Of a stretch of 64,000 nucleotides of DNA, positions 1-9,265 are shown one piece after another. A model generated the notes under the pieces. That model was not told where the DNA came from and ran no database searches. It saw nothing but the letters and a program-made list of their open reading frames with translations. The translations under genes were made by a program, and so were the position numbers. The DNA is from Gammaproteobacteria bacterium (lineage in GTDB: Bacteria; Pseudomonadota; Gammaproteobacteria; GCA-001735895). Positions within the stretch are counted from its first letter, which is position 1, and each line of letters begins with the position of its first letter. The stretch covers positions 1,233-65,232 of the forward strand of contig JBNLGQ010000042.1 of NCBI GenBank assembly GCA_050306135.1, read 5' to 3'.

Positions 1-1528
1 TTCGATTCCTATGAATACCAAAAAATATGCCTGGCAGTTTGAAACGATTGCGGAACCCGGTTTAAACAATCGCCGTATGCATTGCCCGCGTGGAAAGGTG
101 CTGGGTGGTTCATCATCCATAAACGGCATGGTGTATGTACGCGGTCATGCGAAAGATTTTGATGAGTGGGCTGATCACGGTGCTGATGAATGGGATTATG
201 CCCACTGCCTGCCCTATTTCAAAAAAGCAGAAAGCTGGAGCTTTGGCGGTGATGACTATCGCGGTGGCGAAGGCCCTCTGGCGACCAATAATGGCAACAA
301 TATGCAGAACCCTCTGTATAAGGTTTTTATAGAGGCTGGAAAACAGGCAGGCTATGATTTTACTGCCGACTATAACGGCAAACAGCAGGAAGGCTTTGGC
401 CCCATGCATATGACCGTTAAAGATGGCATACGCTGGTCAACGGCAAATGCTTATCTGCGCCCTGCCATGCAACGATCAAACTTAACAGTAATGACTCATG
501 CCCAGGTGCATAAGGTGTTGCTGCAAGATAAAAAAGCCAGGGGTGTAAAAGTTCTCCATAAAGGCAAAACACTGGATATCAAGGCCAGGCGTGAAGTCAT
601 CTTATCAGCAGGTTCAGTAGGTTCTCCGCATATTCTTCAGTTATCCGGAATTGGCAATGCAGATGTTCTTAAAAAAGCTGGCATACAAATACAGCATGAA
701 TTGCCCGGTGTGGGCGAAAACCTGCAGGATCATCTGGAATTTTATTTCCAGTTCAAATGTAAAAAGCCTATCACCCTGAATGGAAAGCTTGATCTATGGA
801 GTAAGTTTTTAATCGGCACGCGCTGGATCCTGACGCGAAAAGGCCTGGGCGCAACTAATCATTTCGAATCCTGTGGTTTTATTCGTTCTAAAGCTGGAGT
901 GGGATGGCCTGATCTGCAATATCATTTTTTACCTGCCGCAATGCGCTACGATGGCCAAAGTGCATTCGATGGCCATGGCTTTCAGGTACATATTGGTCAT
1001 AACAAACCCAAAAGTCGTGGCCATGTGCATGTGGTCAGTGCTGACCCTACGCAACAACCCGAAATACTGTTTAATTACCTGCAACATGAAACAGATCGCG
1101 AAGGTTTTCGTGATTGCGTCAGACTGACGCGTGAAATTATCAATCAACCGGCATTTGATGATTACCGTGACGACGAGATTCAGCCAGGACAATCAGTGCA
1201 GACAGATGATGAAATCGATGCTTTTGTACGCAGCAATGTCGAAAGCGCTTATCACCCATCATGCTCATGCAAAATGGGAACCGATGAACTGGCTGTGGTT
1301 GATCCACAGACTCGAGTTATCGGCATAGAGAATTTAAGAGTTGTAGATTCATCTATCTTTCCCACCATTCCTAACGGTAATTTAAATGCACCGACCATTA
1401 TGGTGGCAGAGCGAGCAGCCGATATGATCCGTGGTAAAACGCCCTTGCCTGCAGCAGGTAATGAAGTCGGCATGGACTCACAATGGCAACAACGGCAAAG
1501 AGGTGGAGAGCCACAACGTGTAATTTAG
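1..1528 (+). CDS. betA: Choline dehydrogenase (GMC oxidoreductase), 5'-truncated at window edge
   Basis: The ORF in frame from 11 encodes the middle and C-terminal part of a GMC oxidoreductase ([15 protein letters not shown]-terminal [15 protein letters not shown] active-site region). The N-terminal FAD GxGxxG region is missing, so the gene starts upstream of the window. It is followed by a choline/betaine ABC transporter. Confidence 0.85.
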   Translation, partial: SIPMNTKKYAWQFETIAEPGLNNRRMHCPRGKVLGGSSSINGMVYVRGHAKDFDEWADHGADEWDYAHCLPYFKKAESWSFGGDDYRGGEGPLATNNGNNMQNPLYKVFIEAGKQAGYDFTADYNGKQQEGFGPMHMTVKDGIRWSTANAYLRPAMQRSNLTVMTHAQVHKVLLQDKKARGVKVLHKGKTLDIKARREVILSAGSVGSPHILQLSGIGNADVLKKAGIQIQHELPGVGENLQDHLEFYFQFKCKKPITLNGKLDLWSKFLIGTRWILTRKGLGATNHFESCGFIRSKAGVGWPDLQYHFLPAAMRYDGQSAFDGHGFQVHIGHNKPKSRGHVHVVSADPTQQPEILFNYLQHETDREGFRDCVRLTREIINQPAFDDYRDDEIQPGQSVQTDDEIDAFVRSNVESAYHPSCSCKMGTDELAVVDPQTRVIGIENLRVVDSSIFPTIPNGNLNAPTIMVAERAADMIRGKTPLPAAGNEVGMDSQWQQRQRGGEPQRVI

Positions 1529-1634
1529 AGCTTTGATCAAACTGTTTGATTCAGGGCCTAATTAATGTAACAAAATTAAGGTATGAACTTTTATAGAAGT
1601 GAATAAACACTAAATAAACCAAGAGGGGTTCCAA

Positions 1635-2561
1635 ATGAAGATGTTAAGAAGTATGTTAATCGCAGGTCTAATGGCTACAACTAGTATGGCAGCCCAGGCT
1701 GCTGATTGTTCTAAAGTACGATTTTCCGATGTAGGTTGGACCGATATCACGGCTACCACAGCTCTGGCTTCGGTGGTGCTGGAAGGTCTGGGATATAAGC
1801 CGAAAACCCAGTTATTGTCTGTACCGGTAACCTACAAATCACTAGAAAATAAGGATATTGACGTATTTCTTGGTAACTGGATGCCAACCATGGAAGCAGA
1901 TATCCGCCCTTACCTGGATCGTGGTAGCGTTGAAACGCTTAAAACCAACCTGACTGGTGCAAAATATACCCTGGCTGTTCCAAAATACGTTTACGATGCA
2001 GGGGTTAAAAACTTCGCTGATATCGCTAAATTTGCGGATAAGTTTGATAACAAGATTTTTGGTATCGAACCCGGTAATGATGGCAATCGTCTGATTCAGG
2101 ACATGATCGATAAAAATGCATTTGGTCTGAAAGGATTTACCGTGGTTGAATCCAGTGAAGCTGGCATGCTGTCACAGGTGAAACGTAAAGTCCGCCGTAA
2201 AGACTGGATTGTTTTCCTGGGCTGGGAACCACATCCAATGAATAGTAATTTTAAACTGGGTTATCTGGAAGGTGGCGATGATTACTTTGGCCCCAATCTT
2301 GGTGGCGCGAATGTAATGACCAACGTGCGTAAAGGGTTTACTAGTGAATGTCCTAATGTCGGTAGCTTCATCAATAATCTCGAATTTACCCTGAGCATGG
2401 AAAATCAAATAATGGGCGCCATCCTGGATGAAGGTAAAAAACCTGAAGCCGCTGCTAAAGCCTGGCTTAAGGCACATCCTGAGGTTCTTAATAACTGGTT
2501 AAAAGGAGTTAAAACCATCGATGGAAAACCTGGCCTAAGTGCTGTAAAAGCATCCCTGTAA
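1635..2561 (+). CDS. Choline/glycine betaine ABC transporter periplasmic substrate-binding protein (ChoX/ProX/OpuAC family)
   Basis: Signal peptide (MKMLRSMLIAGLMATTSMAAQAADCS) and ProX-type fold motifs. Sits immediately downstream of betA and upstream of the permease and ATPase. Confidence 0.8.
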   Translation: MKMLRSMLIAGLMATTSMAAQAADCSKVRFSDVGWTDITATTALASVVLEGLGYKPKTQLLSVPVTYKSLENKDIDVFLGNWMPTMEADIRPYLDRGSVETLKTNLTGAKYTLAVPKYVYDAGVKNFADIAKFADKFDNKIFGIEPGNDGNRLIQDMIDKNAFGLKGFTVVESSEAGMLSQVKRKVRRKDWIVFLGWEPHPMNSNFKLGYLEGGDDYFGPNLGGANVMTNVRKGFTSECPNVGSFINNLEFTLSMENQIMGAILDEGKKPEAAAKAWLKAHPEVLNNWLKGVKTIDGKPGLSAVKASL

Positions 2562-2571
2562 TTAACCGAGG

Positions 2572-2599
2572 GCAGCGTTAAACGTAAGTTTAACGCTGC
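2572..2599 (+). other. Perfect 12-bp stem / 4-nt loop hairpin between the binding-protein and permease genes
   Basis: gcagcgttaaac-gtaa-gtttaacgctgc read directly. No T-tract follows, so it is more likely an mRNA-stabilising or differential-expression element than a terminator. Confidence 0.4.
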
Positions 2600-2607
2600 A
2601 ATTATCT

Positions 2608-3438
2608 ATGGAAAATTATAAATTGCCTCTCGGTGATTATATCGAGATGTTTTTCGACTGGCTGGTTGATCACGCTTCCTGGTTCTTTGATGCCATTGCA
2701 TATGCTCTGGAAAATATCATTAACGAATCAACCGATGCGCTGCTGCTGTTAAACCCTGCTATTTTTATTGTGTTGGTGTGTGTGATTGCATATCGCCTGC
2801 ATCGCTCGATACCACTTGTGATTTATGCTGTGATTGCGCTGTTAACTATCTGGAACCTCGGCTATTGGGAAGAAACCATGCAAACCCTGTCACTGGTTCT
2901 ATATGCCACATTACTTTGCATATTACTTGGCCTTCCGCTCGGTATCTATTCAGCGCATCGCCCCAGGGTATTTTCGGTCATGCGGCCAGTGCTTGATCTT
3001 ATGCAAACGGTACCCTCCTTTGTGTACCTGATTCCTACCTTAACCCTGTTTGGTCTGGGCGTGGTCCCGGGATTAATTTCAACCATAGTCTTTGCCATAG
3101 CAACACCGATACGCCTGACCTATCTGGGTATCTCCGAAGTACCTCATGAGATTGTTGAAGCGGGTCAGTCATTCGGAGCCACTCGCTCGCAGTTATTATG
3201 GCGTATTGAATTACCCGCTGCAGCATCCAGCATAGCTGCGGGTATTACTCAATGCATTATGTTGTCTTTGTCGATGGTGGTTATTTCTGCTCTGGTTGGT
3301 GCTGATGGTCTGGGGAAACCTGTGGTAAGAGCTTTGAATACAGTAGATATCGCGGCTGGTTTTGAAGCGGGTCTGGCAATCGTATTGCTGGCTATCCTGC
3401 TGGATAGAATATTCAAACAACCTGAGGCATCGAGCTAA
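2608..3438 (+). CDS. Choline/glycine betaine ABC transporter permease (ProW/ChoW family)
   Basis: Multi-TM protein with an ABC transmembrane type-1 EAA-like loop. Placed in operon with the SBP and ATPase. Confidence 0.8.
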   Translation: MENYKLPLGDYIEMFFDWLVDHASWFFDAIAYALENIINESTDALLLLNPAIFIVLVCVIAYRLHRSIPLVIYAVIALLTIWNLGYWEETMQTLSLVLYATLLCILLGLPLGIYSAHRPRVFSVMRPVLDLMQTVPSFVYLIPTLTLFGLGVVPGLISTIVFAIATPIRLTYLGISEVPHEIVEAGQSFGATRSQLLWRIELPAAASSIAAGITQCIMLSLSMVVISALVGADGLGKPVVRALNTVDIAAGFEAGLAIVLLAILLDRIFKQPEASS

Positions 3439-3439
3439 C

Positions 3440-4606
3440 ATGATTGAAATTAAAAATCTTGATGTTATTTTTGGCTCTTCTCCTGAAGCTGCTTTTCCTT
3501 TGTTGGATGAAGGTGTTGATCGAGAACAAATCCGTGACAAAACGAACCTCGTTGTTGCTGTTAAGGATGCGACATTAACGGTTAAAAAGGGTGAAATCTG
3601 TGTATTAATGGGTTTGTCCGGTTCAGGTAAGTCCAGTCTGTTACGTTGTGTTAATGGCCTGAATCCGGTTTCTCGTGGACAGGTCAATATTGAACATAAT
3701 GGTGCTATGGTTGACTTTGCCAGCGCCGACAAGGCAACCCAGCGTGATATACGCATGCATAGAGTTTCTATGGTATTCCAAAAGTTTGCATTAATGCCCT
3801 GGCTGTCTGTTGAGCGTAATGTATCTATGCCACTGGAACTTCAGAAACTTGAAAAATCTGAAATTAAACGTCGTGTTGATGAACAGCTAGAGGTAGTAGG
3901 CTTAAGTGAATGGAGGCACCTGAAACCAAGTAAATTATCAGGTGGTATGCAACAGCGAGTAGGTCTTGCCCGCGCATTGACGATGGAAACAGATGTGCTG
4001 TTAATGGATGAACCCTTTTCCGCTCTTGACCCTTTAATACGTTCTCAACTACAGGATGAGCTGTTACAACTGCAGCAGAAACTGAAGAAGACCATTTTAT
4101 TTGTCAGTCATGATCTCGATGAAGCACTGAAGATTGGTAACCATATTGCCATCATGAAAAATGGTGAGATAGTCCAGCATGGTCGTCCTGAAGATATCGT
4201 ACTCAATCCAGCCAATGATTATGTACGAGATTTTGTCGCTCATACTAACCCATTAAATGTATTAAAAGCAGGATCAATCATGCGCCATTTATCAGGAATT
4301 CCGCTGCAAGATAGAGGCTACTGCCTGAGTAAAAGGCATAAATACTGGCTGAGTGCAGATAAACAGGTTGTGATGGTTAAAAAGGAAGAGTTTTCTTTAC
4401 AGCACTGGGAGCCGGGGCAATCTATGGAGGCATTAGAAAATCATCCAGTTTGTATAGATGCCAGTGTACCCATGCGAGAAGTGATGGAGCTTCGCTATAC
4501 AACAGGTCACTCACTGCTGATTACCGAACAGGGTGAAATTACCGGAGTTATAGGTGATCGAGAGCTATATCACTCTTTATTGGGAAAAATGTTATCAGAT
4601 GACTGA
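3440..4606 (+). CDS. Choline/glycine betaine ABC transporter ATP-binding protein with C-terminal tandem CBS domains (ProV/ChoV family)
   Basis: Walker A (GLSGSGKSS), ABC signature (LSGGMQQRVGLARAL) and Walker B (LLMDE). The start was reassigned to the ATG at 3440 (MIEIKNLDVIFG), one base after the permease stop. The track ORF 3362.. is an in-frame upstream extension overlapping choW. Confidence 0.85.
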   Translation: MIEIKNLDVIFGSSPEAAFPLLDEGVDREQIRDKTNLVVAVKDATLTVKKGEICVLMGLSGSGKSSLLRCVNGLNPVSRGQVNIEHNGAMVDFASADKATQRDIRMHRVSMVFQKFALMPWLSVERNVSMPLELQKLEKSEIKRRVDEQLEVVGLSEWRHLKPSKLSGGMQQRVGLARALTMETDVLLMDEPFSALDPLIRSQLQDELLQLQQKLKKTILFVSHDLDEALKIGNHIAIMKNGEIVQHGRPEDIVLNPANDYVRDFVAHTNPLNVLKAGSIMRHLSGIPLQDRGYCLSKRHKYWLSADKQVVMVKKEEFSLQHWEPGQSMEALENHPVCIDASVPMREVMELRYTTGHSLLITEQGEITGVIGDRELYHSLLGKMLSDD

Positions 4607-4634
4607 TACGTTTTAACTGCTATTTATAACCTGG

Positions 4635-4662
4635 CGGCTTGCAATCGTCTGATTGTAAGCCG
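4635..4662 (+). terminator. Possible transcript-end hairpin after the ABC transporter operon
   Basis: 12-bp stem (cggcttgcaatc / gattgtaagccg, one G-U pair) with loop gtct, 29 nt after the ATPase stop. No U-tract follows, so it is not a canonical intrinsic terminator. Confidence 0.3.
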
Positions 4663-4905
4663 ACTACTCCTATCACCTCTTATATCAATAACTTAGAGCC
4701 TGTTCTTAACAATCGACATCAACCTGGCCTTTTTCAAATAATGAGTCTATTACCGTAGTAATAACAAAATCCTGTGTTGCAGGATTGACTCTGCACCATT
4801 CTGGTTAGATGTTATCTCTACTTGCAATATCTATATAAGGATTCTATTATACGCGCCATTCTCGATATATCCCCCATAAAACCACTTTGAGTCCTGTTTC
4901 CATAC

Positions 4906-6507
4906 ATGGCTCTGGCAGATTATTTTCTAATGCTTTTTAAACTTTTCGAAAAGAAAAACGGTAACTATAAAGACGATACTTTATCCGGCTTAACGGTTGC
5001 TCTGGCACTGGTTCCTGAAGCCATCGCTTTTTCCTTTATTGCAGGTGTTGATCCAATCGTTGGCCTTTGGTCGGCGGTTTTCCTTGGATTGATCACTTCT
5101 TCTTTTGGCGGCCGCCCCGGAATGATTTCAGGTGCCACCGGTGCCATAGCGGTTGTTGTTGCCAAGGTCGTAGACATCGGTACGACCACCGGTCTGGAAA
5201 TGGGCGTTGATAATCTCGGCATGCAGTACCTGTTTGCGACTCTACTATTGGCTGGCATCATCCAGGCTGTGGTTGGAGCCTTAAAGCTGGGTAGATTTAT
5301 TCGATTAGTACCTCATCCTGTCATGATGGGGTTTGTTAATGGCCTGGCTATCCTGATCCTGATGGCCCAGTTTGATTCCTTTCGAGATGCGAATGGCAAC
5401 TGGTTAGATAACAATCAGCTGATCGTGATGGGCGGATTAGCCCTGCTCACTATGGCTATCATTCAATTCTTCCCAAAACTGACTCAGGCCGTGCCATCAA
5501 TTCTGGTCGCAATCGTGGGAGTTAGTCTGCTGACATACTTTGATGTGGTCAGTACCAAAACCATTGCCGATGTACTGTATGAAGGTACCGGCAGTGCATC
5601 GCTAGATACAGCACTACCTGCTTTCTCATGGCCCGGTGATATAGTCTGGAATACCAACACCTTACTACTGATAGGTGGAACAGCTGTCACCGTCGCTCTA
5701 GTAGGTCTTATCGAGTCACTGATGACACTTCAGCTTATAGATGACCTGACAGAGACACGCGGTCAGGGCAACCGTGAATGTTTTGCTCAGGGCGGTGCCA
5801 ACTTCATGTCCGGTTTATTCGGAGGCATGGGTGGTTGCGCTATGATCGGTCAGAGTCTGATTAACATCAAATCGGGTGGCCGTGGTCGCTGGTCGGGTTT
5901 TGTTGCTGCAACAACTTTGACCATTCTGATTATGGTGGGTGGCCCTGTTATCAGCCAGATCCCCATCGCTGCACTGGTAGGTGTGATGTTTATGGTCGTA
6001 ATTGGTACCTTTGAATGGGCCAGTTTTATGACCGTGGGCAAGGTACCTTTCGCTGAAGTAATCGTCATTCTGGTCGTTACACTGACAACGGTGATCATGC
6101 ATAACCTGGCACTGGCTGTGTTTGCCGGCGTTATCGTCTCTGCACTGGTCTTCGCCTGGCAGAGTGCTCAGCATGTTCGCCTGAATCCACATAACCTCGA
6201 AGACGGTACTCGAATCTACAATCTACAAGGGGTTCTGTATTTTGGTTCGGTACGTGAATTTGCCGAGCGACTTTCACCTGCTACAGATCCCGATCAGGTC
6301 ATTATTGACTTTAAAGATGCTCGAGTTGCAGATTACTCTAGCATGGAAGCGCTAAATGCCATTACCGAGCGTTATCGTAAGGCTGGTAAAAGACTGCGCT
6401 TGCGTCATCTAAGCCCGGAATGTCAGCATATGATAACCACTGCCGGTAGCCTGATAGAGGTGGAAATGGCTGAAGACGATCCGCATTATCATGTTGCACG
6501 GATATAA
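4906..6507 (+). CDS. SulP family inorganic anion (sulfate) permease with C-terminal STAS domain
   Basis: Multiple TM segments followed by a C-terminal STAS-like region (LQGVLYFGSVREFAERL...IIDFKDARVADYSSMEAL). Confidence 0.8.
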   Translation: MALADYFLMLFKLFEKKNGNYKDDTLSGLTVALALVPEAIAFSFIAGVDPIVGLWSAVFLGLITSSFGGRPGMISGATGAIAVVVAKVVDIGTTTGLEMGVDNLGMQYLFATLLLAGIIQAVVGALKLGRFIRLVPHPVMMGFVNGLAILILMAQFDSFRDANGNWLDNNQLIVMGGLALLTMAIIQFFPKLTQAVPSILVAIVGVSLLTYFDVVSTKTIADVLYEGTGSASLDTALPAFSWPGDIVWNTNTLLLIGGTAVTVALVGLIESLMTLQLIDDLTETRGQGNRECFAQGGANFMSGLFGGMGGCAMIGQSLINIKSGGRGRWSGFVAATTLTILIMVGGPVISQIPIAALVGVMFMVVIGTFEWASFMTVGKVPFAEVIVILVVTLTTVIMHNLALAVFAGVIVSALVFAWQSAQHVRLNPHNLEDGTRIYNLQGVLYFGSVREFAERLSPATDPDQVIIDFKDARVADYSSMEALNAITERYRKAGKRLRLRHLSPECQHMITTAGSLIEVEMAEDDPHYHVARI

Positions 6508-6542
6508 TCTGGTGAATCCCGTCAGCTAAAATTTGATGATAG

Positions 6543-8432
6543 TCAGGCTTTTGAATCATCCAGCACGACTGCATTGCGCCCTGCTTTCTTAGCCTGGTAC
6601 ATCGCTTGATCCGCCCAGGTGATCAGATTGTCTGTAGTAACCTCCCTGTCGAGAAAAAGAACCACTCCGATACTCACTTCGCTCTGGTGTTTTACCTTTT
6701 TCTCCTTAACTGTGTCCTGGGTAGGTATAAGTGTATAGGGCTCAGCCAAAGTGGATCGGATTTTTTCTGCCACATTGCCTGCTTGTAATGCAGATCTGGC
6801 CTTATCCTCATCCAGCTCATTAAGAACAACCACAAATTCATCACCACCATAGCGACCAACCGTATCTACCTGGCGTACACAGCCTTTTAATCTTTTTGCT
6901 ACCTCAACTAATAACAGGTCTCCAACGCTGTGACCATGCAAGTCATTAAGAGGCTTGAAATTATCCAGATCAATAAAGAGCACTGCAGAGTAACTACCAC
7001 TACGTGAACTGGCCTGTATCGCCTGACCCAGTCGATCTATCAACAGTCGACGATTAGGGAGTTGCGTTAAACTGTCAAAAAAGGCGAGATTGTGTATTTG
7101 CTCTTCAACCAGCTTGCGTTGAGTAATATCAACAAACGTAACCACTGCGCCCAGAATAACACCATCATTGATGATCGGCTTTGACCAGTATTCCACTGGT
7201 ATTGCACTTCCATCTTTTTTCCAGAACACTTCATCCGTTACATGATTATCTTCAATTTTATGAAATGCAAAAAAGGATTTACACTCAGATTCTGGATAGT
7301 CACTGCCATCTGGATATGAATGATGAATGAGATTATGAGCATTCTTGCCAATAAGTTCATCGCTCTGATCGTAGCCAAGTATTTCCAGAAATGCGCGGTT
7401 TACAAATTTTAAATTACCATTCTTATCGATGCCGTAGGCACCTTCAGCCATAGAATTAAGTAGTGAGTACATTTGTTGATGGGACTCATGCAGGGTTGTA
7501 ACATCCTGCGCGATACTCACTCCACCTATGATCTTTCCTGCTGTACTTCGCGCAGGTACACAAGTCATAGTGATCCATATAATGGCTTCATCGAATGAGG
7601 TAAAATAATTGCCGTCGTAATAGCCCTGCTCTCCTTGTAGCGCCCTGGTTAAAGCTGGCATAAAAGACTGATCATTGAGCAACCTCAGATCCATCCCGAT
7701 AAGACGCTCAGGAGTGCTGCCTAAGGTCTCTGCGAAACAATCATTGCAGTAGGTGACGATGAGATTAGTATCGTAATACATAATGCCTACGGGTGAATAA
7801 TCCAGCAACAACTGGTAGCGCTTTCTCGCTGTATCCTCACGCTCGGATGCCTCAAGACGCAGAATTATATTATCTCGAATGTTTCTATTCATATAACGCA
7901 AGATCACGAGCATAAAACCAAGATACAACAAGACAGCCATGCCCATAGACGTATACAAACTGTTGCCGGCTGAAAACAGGCGAATAAGAATAGGCGTAGA
8001 AACTAAAACAGAAAAACCTATTGAACTGGCAAGATCGGCAGCATATGAAATCACTCCTCCAGCCGATAGTCCTGCCAGCATGAAAACTATAAACATCTGA
8101 TGATGTGGATCGTTGGGCGGGAACATCACAATCCCTGACATTCCCCACACGAAACCAATAGCCAGCACACCAGCACGAAACTTCTGCATGCGTGCATCAG
8201 ACGAGGTATTTTCATCCAGCGGGAAACGTTTATAGGTATAAACGAGAATAAAGCGAGAGATAGCGACCAGTACGATCAGAGAAAGCCAGATCATAATCAC
8301 ATTTGAAGCGATCAAACCTTGCTGTATATAAGCTAGAAATATCGCAAGCAATGTACTGGTGATAATTGAGGTATAGCTGGAGGCTAGCATCTGCCGCAGC
8401 AGCTCAGCCTTTATCGCTCTCTTTTTATACAT
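6543..8432 (-). CDS. Sensor diguanylate cyclase: N-terminal multi-TM domain, two PAS/PAC domains, C-terminal GGDEF domain
   Basis: Intact GGDEF (RYGGDEFVV) with an RxxD I-site at the canonical spacing (RQVDTVGRYGGDEF). PAS-like segments lie in the middle and about 6 TM helices at the N-terminus. Confidence 0.85.
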   Translation of the reverse strand: MYKKRAIKAELLRQMLASSYTSIITSTLLAIFLAYIQQGLIASNVIMIWLSLIVLVAISRFILVYTYKRFPLDENTSSDARMQKFRAGVLAIGFVWGMSGIVMFPPNDPHHQMFIVFMLAGLSAGGVISYAADLASSIGFSVLVSTPILIRLFSAGNSLYTSMGMAVLLYLGFMLVILRYMNRNIRDNIILRLEASEREDTARKRYQLLLDYSPVGIMYYDTNLIVTYCNDCFAETLGSTPERLIGMDLRLLNDQSFMPALTRALQGEQGYYDGNYFTSFDEAIIWITMTCVPARSTAGKIIGGVSIAQDVTTLHESHQQMYSLLNSMAEGAYGIDKNGNLKFVNRAFLEILGYDQSDELIGKNAHNLIHHSYPDGSDYPESECKSFFAFHKIEDNHVTDEVFWKKDGSAIPVEYWSKPIINDGVILGAVVTFVDITQRKLVEEQIHNLAFFDSLTQLPNRRLLIDRLGQAIQASSRSGSYSAVLFIDLDNFKPLNDLHGHSVGDLLLVEVAKRLKGCVRQVDTVGRYGGDEFVVVLNELDEDKARSALQAGNVAEKIRSTLAEPYTLIPTQDTVKEKKVKHQSEVSIGVVLFLDREVTTDNLITWADQAMYQAKKAGRNAVVLDDSKA

Positions 8433-8895
8433 ATAAGATCTGGGAATATTAGATTAGTTACAACTAGCTATTCGTTAACCCCTCCTCCTGTTATGTAGAT
8501 AAAGCATCCTGACCGTAAAATCTTATTCGAAACAGGTCCTTACACTTCCTGCAATGAAGAAATTCAGCAGGCTACTGCTCCGAAAATAATAGTCTGCTCT
8601 ACTTAGCATAGTTTAGTCATGGATTATTTCCTTATATAGAAGGTGATTTTTTGTTCAGGTAACACGATGTGGTTCCGGTCAGTGGGGTAATTTGTGATGG
8701 GTGTAGAAGGGTTTATCAGATAGTTGAGAATGAGTTTTTCGTTAATATTCAATCTGTTTCACACAGTCCACATAACAGTTTGCAGACTATCATCACTACT
8801 GGTAAAGAGCTGGGGCCCTGTAAACTTTTAATGTAAATCCTGCGATAAAGGGACAGTGTGTTTATCAGGGCTTTAGATTTTATGAGTGATAAATT

Positions 8896-9243
8896 CTATT
8901 TATCAACAATACGTTTTTTATAAGCCGTCGGATTCATGTCCCTGACGTCAATACTAAGACTTGGCAGGTCGGTGAGGTAATCAGCCAAAGCACTCCTAAG
9001 CTGAATTGCCAGGTTTTCCTTTTGTTCATCAGTCCTCCCCTTAAGCAGGCTTACGGTAATATGAATAAATAAATCAGGTTGCCCGGCGAGCAAATAAAGA
9101 TCATAGGGTATGGCTCTAACCTTAATATCGGCGGGATCCATAATCCCACTGTTACCCCCAACCTCAAGTATCGTATTCATCACTCTTGTAAGATCAATGC
9201 TTTGCTCAAGTGGTCTGGCGTATTCGATTTGAAAATGTGGCAT
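8896..9243 (-). CDS. Tautomerase-superfamily protein, 5-carboxymethyl-2-hydroxymuconate isomerase-like
   Basis: 115-aa protein resembling CHMI/HpaF-type isomerases (MPHFQIEY...). It is the last gene of the minus-strand operon, 22 nt downstream of the GS-like gene. Confidence 0.55.
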   Translation of the reverse strand: MPHFQIEYARPLEQSIDLTRVMNTILEVGGNSGIMDPADIKVRAIPYDLYLLAGQPDLFIHITVSLLKGRTDEQKENLAIQLRSALADYLTDLPSLSIDVRDMNPTAYKKRIVDK

Positions 9244-9265
9244 AGTCGATTATCTCTATCTGGAA

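Noticed and set aside
113-409. Minus-strand 98-aa ORF and plus 65-aa ORF inside betA
   Set aside because: They are embedded in and overlap the strongly supported choline dehydrogenase frame.
1545-1568. Possible terminator hairpin after betA (ttgatcaaac/gtttgatt)
   Set aside because: The stem is imperfect and leaves a 1-2 nt loop, with no U-tract. The next gene starts 70 nt later, probably in the same transcript. Support is too weak to call.
3362-3439. N-terminal 26-codon extension of the ATPase ORF overlapping the permease gene
   Set aside because: An ATG at 3440 gives the canonical ABC ATPase N-terminus (MIEIKNL...) one base after the permease stop. The upstream extension is the permease C-terminus read in another frame.
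8433-8895. 460-bp intergenic region scanned for tRNA or sRNA genes and hairpins
   Set aside because: By eye I found no tRNA-like T-arm (GTTCGAATC) or cloverleaf signature and no convincing terminator hairpin. This is probably just the promoter region of the diguanylate cyclase gene.
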